Below, piece after piece: positions 1 to 11,063 of a stretch of 64,000 nucleotides of DNA (within the stretch, counting starts at the first letter, position 1; the number at the start of each line of letters is the position of its first letter). The DNA lies in the NCBI GenBank assembly GCA_039096225.1, contig JBBPEB010000015.1, positions 1,116,001-1,180,000 of the forward strand, written 5' to 3'. The DNA comes from Blastocystis sp. Blastoise. Lineage: Eukaryota; Protista; Bigyra: Opalinata. A program made the position numbers and the translations under genes. The notes under the pieces were generated by a model that ran no database searches, was not told where the DNA came from, and saw nothing but the letters and a program-made list of their open reading frames with translations.

Positions 1-2629
1 TCGATAAATACACAGGATCTATATATATATTATGTTTATTATTATTTATATATATATTATGTTTATTATTATTATTATTATAAAAAGAAGAAGAAGATAT
101 ATATATATAAACATAAATAATAACATATATTATATATATACAATGAAAGACGTCATTGGTAGGTATATATCCTTTGAGTTCCAATTCATAGGGATATGTA
201 TATTCCTCTAAAATGAGATAAGATATATATATATATATATATATTAATATAGAGATATCCATGAAAGATAATATATATATATATATATACGTGGATTATT
301 ATCTTCAGCAGTAAGTCTATTTGCAAGATAATACATTTCTTTATATAGATCTTCTTCTGCAGTTAAATATGTGTCAATAGGTAAAGAAATCGTGTTTGTT
401 ATATAAGAAGTTGATGTAGAAAGAAGAGTAGGGAAGAATTTAGGTCTGAAATGGTCTGCATATTGTTTATTAAACCATTTCATAAATATACAGATAGCAG
501 GTAATGGACGAAGATCTGAAGAAGCTATATATGTATATATATATAAGAATAATATAATATATACATATTCCATTAGTAGTATGAGTATTCACTGAGTGTG
601 CAGTATAACGTAAACACTATATATATAACAATTATATATATATATAAATAATTAAATAAATAATTCTATATGTTTATATAATACTACATATATACAAGAG
701 TTGTTATTCTGAATAAAATAATCCATCCATATAAACATGTAGCATTCAATTCTGTAGCTAAGAAAGAATTCACTATATATATATATATATAATACTTATA
801 TAGAAAGAATAATATAAATATGTTATAACAATATATTCAAATTATATAATTTTAAAAAAAATATGTACTAATGTCATAATAATAATATATATACTTTTAT
901 AAGTTTTTAAATCTATAGTATAAAACAGAGAAACAGCAACTAAACGAAATAGAAATGGAGTAGAACACAAATCTTCTTTCAATAAACATTCTATATATAA
1001 CAATAAGAATAAGAATAATATTAAATAATAAATAGTATAGTAAAAACTATATATAAATATAATAAAAAGTAGAATAGCACGTATAAAAATAATGAATGTA
1101 ATAATATATAAATAGTTTTTATATACTGAATTCAATAAGAGTAGTATTGAGAAGGGCTTCCAGTTTAATATCTGTATCTCCCAGAAATAGAACCGACTGA
1201 AGCTTTGTAAATAAAGTCAAACAATTCTATATATATATATGTTATAATAATTAAAATATATAATTAATATATATATATATATATATTAAATCAAAAATAT
1301 ATAATTAAAATATATATATATATGTTATAATAATTAAAATATATATATAACACATTTCCCTACCTTTAAAGCCGTTCGTCTTCTCATCGGTTCATTCTTC
1401 CCTACTTCTAAATACTCTTTCCGCTCCTGTAAATACTCCTCATAATCGTGGTTATTCTTCTGAAATTGAACGATAAGATTCCTTCGAGCAGTAGAAAAAG
1501 GAAGAGGTGCCGCTAAAGCTCTTATATACTGATATATTATAATACCCTTAATTTGACGATAACTATATATATAGTAATAATATTAGATATGTATATGATA
1601 TGTATATAAAATAACTATTTTAATAAATCATATATATTATAATAAAATGAAATAGTGTAAATATATACGTAGCTAAGATAGCTAGCTGATTTCTTGGATT
1701 TCCATTATTTGGATCTAGAGCACATGCTTGCTTGTAATAGTATTCCGCTTGATTCCAGTTTTTATCTTCTCTTGTATTATTTAATTCTAAATATCTATAT
1801 ATATATATATTAATAAGAAAACGATAATATATTTTATACCTTTCTAAATCTCCTAAATAAATATTCATATTATATAAACATTTTTGCTTTATATTTCGAC
1901 TAAATCGATATGTATTCTCTGACATATGATCTACAAATAGAATATATATAATATAATATTAATAAAAAAAATAATAATAATTTATAAAAAAATAAATAAT
2001 AATTATAAAAATAATATACAAATAAAATAAAAACTATATATATACCCTCAATACATTCTTCTTTTTCTATCCTATCATATATATCTTTCATTGTTTTAAT
2101 ACTTTCCTGAATAAACTCATTATATTCAGAACGAACCTAAAAAAAATATATATATATATATAAACTTAATCAATTATTTAAATAAATAGCTTATAGATGG
2201 TTGGAGAAATATTATTTTTAAATAATAGTTAAAATATATGATATACAGTTTCATCTTCAGACACAAGTTTTCTAAATCGTTCTATAAAAGTATGAAAACA
2301 TTCTTTCCATAGCAATTGTAAAACTCCATGTTCTAAGAAGAAGTCAGGATCCATGAATAATAATTTTGCACAATATGATAATAATCTAAAGAATAAAAAA
2401 AAAATAAAAAATGTAATAACTGAAATAAATAATGAATTACTTCTTACGACCAAGCATAATTTTGCTTTTGCTAATATCATTTCTTCTCAGCAATACATTT
2501 AATGCCTTTGAATAGCTAATAATTCCTCTAAAAAATAAATACTTCTTAAAATTTACAAATAATTCAAGCATACTTATATGTATCTTCTCTAGAATATTCA
2601 TTTTTTGTTGATACAGTATTATTATCCAT
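1..2629 (-). CDS. EST1/SMG5-7 family nonsense-mediated decay factor (multi-exon, 3' end outside window)
   Basis: Spliced from ATG at 2629 (MDNNTVSTKNEYSRED...). Contains LLWKECFHTFIE, CLYNMNIYLGDLERY, WNQAEYYYKQACALDPNNGNPRNQLAILAT and YIRALAAPLPFSTARRNL, the 14-3-3-like EST1/SMG7 TPR signature. About 11 GT-AG introns keep the frame. Confidence 0.85.
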
Positions 2630-2854
2630 TGAATTTTAATTATTTGTTGTGTTTATTGCTTCAAAAATTAATTGTACATAAAATTAGCACTATTCTATTA
2701 AATAATATATATTCAAATATGCTGAATATAGGATATATGTATTGGAAAATGGAATCAATAACTTTAAAATTCCTTTTGACGAATATCTCAGTTTCTATAA
2801 AGTTATTCTGATTTTTATTCCATTTCTCTAAATTTTATTGGATCTTCAATTCTA

Positions 2855-2863
2855 AGCCAATCA
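2855..2863. promoter_or_regulatory. CCAAT box (NF-Y consensus AGCCAATCA) upstream of the SMG7-like gene
   Basis: Exact RRCCAATCA match about 230 bp upstream of ATG 2629. Equivalent boxes at 10972-10980 and 58051-58059 precede other genes. Confidence 0.4.
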
Positions 2864-3833
2864 CAAAGCGCAATATTCGTGTCTTTATAAGAATTTTTTG
2901 ATTTTTATGTTTGTTTTGAAGTGAAGACAGAACTAAATGTGTTTTCTTACAAATTAAAGATGATTTTTCTTCATTACCTCTTTAGAACTGACTAGAAAAC
3001 AAGCAATCGCATTTAGGAATATACTTGCTGCATTTTATTAAAAAACAGACCAGCTTATACATAAGAGTCAATCTAAGAATTATTTTTATGCTATTCATTT
3101 ATACATATCAAACTACATGGCATTTTTGGTAAATTTATTGTTATAGTTCTTATTTTATAGTAATTAACTGGCATTCAAAATTAACATTTTAAATATTGGC
3201 TGTTTTTCACAGATTGACTTTTTTAAATTATTTGTGTTAGTTGTTGTTCTTTATAATAAATGTTGTTTTACATTTATACATCAATATTTGAAATCTTCGA
3301 AAGACTTATTTTTTTTCTTTTATTATTGAGATAGTTCAATAAGATTATAGATAATAAAAAAAATAGTTTTTCAAAATGAATTGTGTAACAACGGGATAAT
3401 ATGAGAATCGTGGTTAATCAAGTCAGATATTAATTCTAAATAGCATGAAATAATTTAAATAATATTTATATTATGCTAAATTACTACATAATACTTATTT
3501 TAAGAAAAAAGAAAGCAATGATTAGCAATTGATAAGCTACAATATTAAAGATAATAATTATGTAGTACTCCTAAATGCTTGATATTTTACAATAATTATA
3601 AATTATAATAGAATCTATGTATTTCCCAAAAAAAACTTTTAATATATTATTTTTAATCAAAAAAATCGCATATATCTTTAAAGCAGTATAACATCAGTTA
3701 CAATTATATATAGTATAACAAAACACATATTATTTATATTACGGAATTCATCAAACTAAAGATAAAAGAAAGAAAGAATGGAGAAAAACAAGAAACAGTT
3801 GATACTCCTTTACTCAAACAAGCAATATCAGCT

Positions 3834-4886
3834 TCAAATACTGAATTTTCTAAATCCATCTGCATTAATAACAGGTCTAGGGTGTGTTGCATGTTGTCTC
3901 CAATAACCAAAACATACAAATAAGAGAATAACAAATATGATACAAACTACAACAGCAATTAAAAGGACTACTCCTGATTGTTTGTCGTTACATCCTTCAG
4001 AAGTTGAATAATCAGCTATTGCATATCCATTTGAGTTAATAATATAAAAGTGAGAAGCTATAAAAGAAAAATATAGTTAATATGATTATGAAAAATATAC
4101 TTAATATAATTAAGAAAAGAATAGTTAATATAATTAAGAAAAGAATAGTTAATATAATTAAGAAAAGAATAGTTTATAGAATTAAGAAAAGAATAGTTTA
4201 TATAATTAAGAAAAGAATAGTTTATAGAATTAAGAAAAGAATAGTTTATATATAATTAAGAAAAGAATAGTTAATAGAATTAAAAAAAGAATAGTTTATA
4301 TAATTAAAAAAAGAATAGTTAATATAATTAAGAAAAGAATAGTTAATATAATTAAGAAAAGAATAGTTAATGTGATTAAGAAAAATAACTTACTTGACGT
4401 TAAGAATGACGCTCCAGAGTTTTCATATATACAGAAATATTTATGAAGATCCAGTGGTTGTCCATTAGAAGTACATAAAACATCATTGATATCGTACCAT
4501 GTATTTACAGTAACATTACAAGTATAAGGGAAATTAATAAGAGATAGAGATGATGGTTCTTTAGATTTCATTCTCATAGATACTCTGCAATTATCAACTT
4601 GATAATTAACATACCCAGTACTCAATAAAGTAGAGTTTTTGACATCATAACTGACTTTATAAGATAAAACACGATATTCATCAAGACATAATTCGTGATC
4701 ATAGTCGACAGTAGAATAGGAAAATCCAGTAACGGCACTATCTGCATTATTTGTTACAACATAATCAATCAAAGTATGATGATATGGGTGGTCATGATAA
4801 CCTCTGCATGAGTCTTTAAATGTACCGCAAGTTGAACTTAAAGCAACTTGAATGAATACTAAGGCAAAAAGAGCGAAGTTGGCCAT
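3834..4886 (-). CDS. Orphan type I membrane protein (signal peptide, Cys-containing ectodomain, one TM helix, short tail), 2 exons
   Basis: ATG 4886 MANFALFALVFIQVALS (signal peptide). A GTAAGT donor at 4393 and TAG acceptor at 4058 join in frame to TSHFYII...GVVLLIAVVVCIIFVILLFVCFGYWRQH...RKFSI-stop (3834). Confidence 0.75.
4101..4384. repeat. 24-bp minisatellite, about 11-12 copies, inside the intron of the membrane-protein gene
   Basis: Unit TTAATATAATTAAGAAAAGAATAG repeated with minor variants. It explains the spurious ILTILFLI tail of ORF 4296..4889. Confidence 0.9.
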
Positions 4887-5984
4887 CAATAGCCTCTAAA
4901 TCTTGAGTTCTTTATAAATTGAATAAAATAAATAATTTATAACTAACATAATGAAGATAAAATGAAAAACCACACAGAGAAAAAAAAAGCCAGCATTCAA
5001 AAAACATGTCAATACCCAATAAACACAAAGAAATGAATGGATTAAAAAATATTTTTGTTATAAATGATTTATGACTCAACTTATAGAAAATGGTCTTTAA
5101 AGATTTATCAAATTATAATTTTTACATTATTTTCTAATAAATAATAGACATATAGGACATATCCGTCCTAATAGGTCCTTTTTGAACAATCACTGAACAG
5201 AATTTTTATGATACTACAAGAAATTCAGCTCATATGAGGACCCAAAAATATGATGTGTCATCAAATGACACATCTACGTTAGATTCTATTGTCATCGCCA
5301 TTCAAGGGCTTTATTGGGCAATTGATCTTCTAATGCATGAGCAAACGTCAAGACTGAATTTTTTCTGTTTTTATGGTAAAACAACATTTGTAAGATTTCA
5401 TTTTATTTGATTACTTTCATCGTAAATATGTCAATAGCGATAATCTACTGATATGATGTGAACTATACATATATAAGACCATAGGCTGGAACAAACTAGA
5501 ATCTTCTACTGTCACAAGGTTAATTCACAAGCAAAATCTCAACCATTTTGTTTTGTCACATATTCTAATTTCGAAATACATTTACTTCACTATTAGTATT
5601 AAATAAATTAATTCAATAAAACTATCGAAACGTCGTTCTTTTTCATTCACTTTTTTAATTCAAAATGTTTTTGCTGGCTCGTATTATTAAGATATCCTTC
5701 TAATTATGAAATCATTATTTATATACGAAATGATACAAAATCATCATAAAGTGAAAAATAATATAGAAATAAAAAAAGAAAATGAGTCTATTGACTATTG
5801 TTTTCAAAGGAATATTCTAAATGAAAAAAGCTTTAGATCAAAAATTTCAAATATTTAAATAAATCACTTTTATTTATAGTAAAATAATTATGATAAAGTA
5901 CAAAAAGTTTCACAGTCCATAATTTCAAAATTCATGAACTACTCTATATTAATGAAAAAATGTAAAAGTATTTAAAAATAAAAA

Positions 5985-6057
5985 TGCTCAGACCGTGATT
6001 CGAACACGGGTTACCACGGCCACAACGTGGAGTACTGACCAACTATACTATCTAAGC
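5985..6057 (-). tRNA. tRNA-His (GTG)
   Basis: Minus strand GCTTAGATAGTATAGTTGGTCAGTACTCCACGTTGTGGCCGTGGTAACCCGTGTTCGAATCACGGTCTGAGCA: 7-bp acceptor stem, CCACG/CGTGG anticodon stem with TTGTGGC loop, GTTCGAAT T-loop, discriminator A, oligo-T terminator directly downstream. G-1 is not encoded. Confidence 0.97.
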
Positions 6058-6384
6058 GCATACATTTTGATTTCTTATCTACACTATTTAGTATCTCATT
6101 TGTTTTGAAATGATGTTTAAATGATTTAAACACAGTATTTACAATTCTTTATTAAATAGATACAACATACATGAATCATACGTCAAAAAACAAGAAAATG
6201 TGTGTTTTTGTTGGTGAAATGAATAGATAATTTAGATAATAAATATAACTGTATGATAAAAAATCATAAATATAACGTAAACGTGTATTTTTTAGAAATA
6301 AAAAAATATATATAAGGTGAAAATCTTAAAAAGTGTAAAAAGTTTGTAATTATATATAAATTTCTCCGTTTTTTTAGAAACTTC

Positions 6385-6532
6385 GAATTTTCCTGGGGAA
6401 CCATAACTGGAACACGGCGTAATTTATACTCAGCATATTAGAAGGGTTTTCTTTAGAGTATGCATAGTAAGTATGGCCAATAGGTGGGTAGCCTATTGGC
6501 CATACTATACTGAGCATGAATTATCTCTTTTT
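6385..6532 (+). ncRNA. Candidate structured non-coding element (identity and strand uncertain)
   Basis: GC-enriched island with a perfect 15-bp inverted repeat AGTATGGCCAATAGG/CCTATTGGCCATACT (6470-6506), enclosed by a roughly 19-bp imperfect stem (6419-6437 with 6506-6524). TATATAAA lies at 6353-6360 and T5 at 6528-6532. Confidence 0.35.
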
Positions 6533-7416
6533 AAAACAAAAATAGTTTTCAAGAATTAGTTCTCATATTTAAATTGTTTTCTATGAAATAACAGTTATTA
6601 AGTATATAGATACTTTGGCCAATAAATATTGAATTAAAAAATCAAAGAATATGGATTCTTTTATTAGACAAATGTAATTATTATTATTAATATATATTGT
6701 TTAGATGCATTATCTAATTTTTCAAATATTGACACTTAGTATAGAACATGAAAAAGGAGTGAATTATCATATTTTTTTAGAATGATGTTTTTTTTTCAAC
6801 TGTATCATCTGTAAAAAGTATTGTTTAATATATGAATTAAATGCACTACATATAGTAATTAATTTCATATAGATTGTAACACATAATTATGAAATTATTT
6901 CAAACTACTATTGTTTTTCCTTCTGTCTATTCTTCCATTATGTAACAATAATTAATTTCATTATCATAGGATAATATCTATGACGAATATCTGACATAAC
7001 ACAATAAATAATTTGATATTTTATAGCATTTATATATCAGTTACGTATGATTCGTGATTTATAGTTTATGTTACAAATAGTTAACTTGTTTTTTGATTAA
7101 ATAATTAAAAACAAGCATTCTACATAAGACAAAACGATTTCTCTAGAACTTTATAGAAACCATCCATTGATGAAACCAAAGAATTCTTTAAGGAACTCAT
7201 CAAAAAATTGAATGGCTATTATTTGAGTTATCATGATTTTTGAAAGGTATGAGATTTTATAACCATTCATTTTGTAACTGTAGAATAGAAAAGAAGAATT
7301 CCAAAATGGAGCATTAAGCTGTTTTAAATACATGATTCTTAGCTATCTTTATTATTTTTTTTAAAGTTAAAGATATTTTTTTAATTTTTTTTTGACAAAA
7401 TATACATTATTTAATC

Positions 7417-8115
7417 ATGAAACCCTACGTAAGAAACAATGAAACCACAAAACTTCCTGGTTTCCCTCTTTTCGCTGCATTGTCTGTAGCTTTTCTTGAT
7501 TCATTTTGTCTTCAAATCGTTACACCTCAATTACCTTTCATGGTAAAGGATTTTTATCCTCAAGTATGATATTTTCACATTTTTACATTCATTCTTCTAA
7601 AGCTTGATGATACTGAACTTGGTTACTATTCTGGGTTTTTAAGTGCTGCTTATTCTCTTGGAAATATACCAGGAAGTCTTTTCTGGGGTTGGTTTTCTGA
7701 TGAATTTGGTAGACGTACTTGTTTCTTGACTTCTTTAATTTGTATTTTTATATTATGATAAAATTGTTATAAACATGAATATATTATACATAGTATGCTT
7801 TATTTGTATGAATATCTTCGGTTTCTGTCCTGATTTCTGGTCTTGCTTAATTGTTCGTACACTTTGGGGATTCTTCTGTGGTTTTATGGGTACAGCTAAA
7901 ACTTATATTAGTGAAATTTGTAATTCTAAGACTCAAGGAAAAGGATTTTCTTTCTTTATTATGATTGGTGGTGTCTCTAAGTATATATATATATTTATAA
8001 TATATTCTAATAGTATATAGTGTCCTTGGACCTTCTCTTGGAGGTATTTTGTCGAAACCTACTCAAAATATGCCTTGGCTAGTTGATGCTATTCCTTATG
8101 TTAAAGAAGTATATA

Positions 8116-8185
<70 letters not shown>

Positions 8186-9472
8186 AATTTATTCTATTTC
8201 TATAGATTCCTTATTATATTCCTTGTTTTGTGGGTTCTATTTTAACTTTGATTATTTTCTTAATTGTTCTTTTTGGTCTTCCTGAAACTCTTCCTAAAAA
8301 TGAAAGAGATAAGAACAGATCAAGTAAGAAACAAATGAAAGTATATATATATATTATTCTATATATTAATAAAGATAGTTATATATATATTTATTCATCT
8401 TTTATGTATTAGTAATGAATATACATATATATAGGAATCTATTAAGAGTATTGAAGCTAAGAAAAAACAAAATCCTGATTATGAATACACTGAAAAAGGT
8501 ATAATTATATAAAGTAATAAATATAGTAACTATATATGTATATTTATAGAAATTGCTTTAGTTTCATGGAAGGGTGATAATTATGGACATTTATTTACAG
8601 AAAAGAATGCATTCTTAACTTGTGCTTTATATGGTATATATATATAATTCACATTTCTTTATATGTGTCACATATTATATCATTATACATATATATAGGT
8701 ATTATGTCCTTCTTACAAGGTATGCATGATGCTGTATATCCCCTTTGGGTTCTTAATCCTAGAAATATCCTTGTCATTCTATTCTATATATATATATATA
8801 TTATAAACATAATTCTCTATGTCTTTCTATGACAATAATTCAATTCTATATGATTATTATATATGCTGTATTTTTCTATCATTCCATATATTAATTCTCT
8901 CTATTTATATGTATATTTAACTATATTATCCTTAATATAATTACGTAAGAATGGCTTTGAAATGGATCAAACAGCTACTGGGTTCATGTATGCTGGTAAC
9001 GCCTTAGCTCAAATTCTTGATACTCGTATATATATATTATATATATACATAATTATTTTTTATATCATGATGAATAACATATTAATTATTGAACTAACTA
9101 TAATATTTTTTTTTAGCTCTTCTTCTTCCTTTATTTGCTACTTTATTTAACTATTTGGATATCAGTTTCTGGGCTATTATTATCTTTGGTATTGTCATGT
9201 TCATTACTCCTGTTCTTGGTCTTGCTTCTTATGCTCCTGCTTGGGTATATTATTATTATTATTATTTTTATTATTATTATCTGAGATATTATGATTATTA
9301 TGATTATTATTATTATATGGTATTATAATAATAATAATAATATTTTTTTTAATATTGAATCATCTTTCTAAATATATTCTCCTATATATAGTTACAATGG
9401 TTCTCCATTAATGTTATTTATAGTCTTGGTAATATTCCTAAATTAATTGCCTTCAGATATCCTTTTTATTAT

Positions 9473-9503
<31 letters not shown>

Positions 9504-10258
9504 TTATATAACTTTTTTCATGAGATCTCCTTAATATATATACTTCTATTATTGTTCTTGTTTCTAACTCAACATTCGCTGATTTCAGAAGTAAAGTCAA
9601 TGGTATTGGTCAAGTGTATTGTTCTATTGGCCGTTTTATTGTATTTATATATATTAACTATTATATATAGTGTATTTATATATCATTCATCTTCTATAGG
9701 GACCTGTGCTTGCTTCTTCATTATTCGCTTGGTCTGTCACTTCAGGCAACTCATTCCCCTTTGATTATGGTTTCACTTTATATGTATATATATATATATA
9801 TTAATGACTAACATTTATAAAAATTGTTATTATTCCACTATAAGTATTCTATATAAAATGATTCATCACTTTATTCTTTATAGGTGACTGGTATCTTATC
9901 AATTGCTTCTGCTTTCTGGTGTTGGCTTATACCTAAGAGTTGTAATGTGACTTCTATATCTATTGACCAATATGCTCATGAGATCTATACTTCTCGTCAT
10001 CCTGATATTGAAATGAATAAAATTGAAGAAACAGAAAAGAAAGAAGAATCGAAAGATGCTACATCTCCAACTATAGAGGCTACTAATGATACTACTCATG
10101 TTTCTCCCATTGCTATTACTAACGATAATGATACAAATCATCACGAACAATCTTCTCCTGAAACAAATACTACTCCCGATGCTATTAATTCTCCTTCTAT
10201 TCTCCCTTTGAACTCCATTCAAAGTAATACAGTTTCTGTAGAAGATGATCAACACTAA
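7417..10258 (+). CDS. MFS transporter, ZIFL/DHA1-like, paralogue A (14 exons)
   Basis: MKPYVRNNE...[32 protein letters not shown] (MFS motif A), RTLWGFFCG, GPSLGGIL, LPETL, FRSKVNGIGQ. 11 GT-AG and 2 AT-AC introns restore a continuous frame to TAA 10258. Confidence 0.92.
8118..8183. repeat. (TTA)n microsatellite in an intron
   Basis: About 22 perfect TTA units within intron 4 of MFS A. Confidence 0.9.
8765..8944 (+). other. U12-type AT-AC intron (MFS A, site 1)
   Basis: Donor ATATCCTT, branch TCCTTAAT at 8929-8936, acceptor AC. Splicing gives WVLNPR-S-KNGFEMDQ in frame. Confidence 0.93.
9457..9543 (+). other. U12-type AT-AC intron (MFS A, site 2)
   Basis: Donor ATATCCTT, branch TCCTTAAT at 9528-9535, acceptor AC. 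Splicing gives LIAF-S-SIIVLVSNSTFADFRSKVNG. Confidence 0.93.
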
Positions 10259-11063
10259 AGACTATTCTAGTTTTTAAATATATATATAAATCATTCTAGA
10301 ATTCTTATTATTAACTTCTTGGCTCTTTTTTTGTGTTATCAACTTTTTGATATTCTTTTGCTTTCTTATATATATTCTCATTAAACAGGTTCTCTTTCTT
10401 TGTTGCTATCAGTGACATAAAAGAACTTTTCTTTTTTATTATTTTTATATAAATTTTTAAAGATTCTACTTACTCTTATATATTCGTATATACTTTTTTA
10501 TTATACATACATATGAATTATTGATATAGAATGACTATATACAATATATCTTATGTATTTAGGAAAACCAAATAATAATTGATTTTCCTTATATATTCTT
10601 TCCTTTTTAATTCTTTTCGAACTTCTGTTGAACCCATGTGATCCACGCTACATACTTGTTTTGTTCTATCTTAATTTGTTTAAAAATTAAAAAAATAATT
10701 GAAAGAATGATATTAAAGAACATAGAATCATTTCGGATGAATATAAGCAATCATGGATGAAATAAAATACATATCTGAATAGGTAGCAAAAATATATTAT
10801 TCGTTTTCAAATCTAATTGACGTTTAAAATGTGTTTATATATATATTACTTTCTATAGATTCTCAAATATTCAAAACCGTTCAAAAACAAATTCATCTTA
10901 TGCATATATTCCATAAAAAAGGAAAAACAAAAAAATAATGGAATTTTCTACTTATTAACTGCTCCCGTGAAAACCAATCATTTCATAATACTATTTCAGA
11001 GTAACATTTTCCACATTGTTTTTTTCTCTTGTGTGTTGACATAGAGGCTCTGAGTCATTAAAA

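Noticed and set aside
4101-4384. Regularly spaced repeats as a CRISPR array
   Set aside because: Head-to-tail units without unique spacers, located in a eukaryotic intron, and no cas genes.
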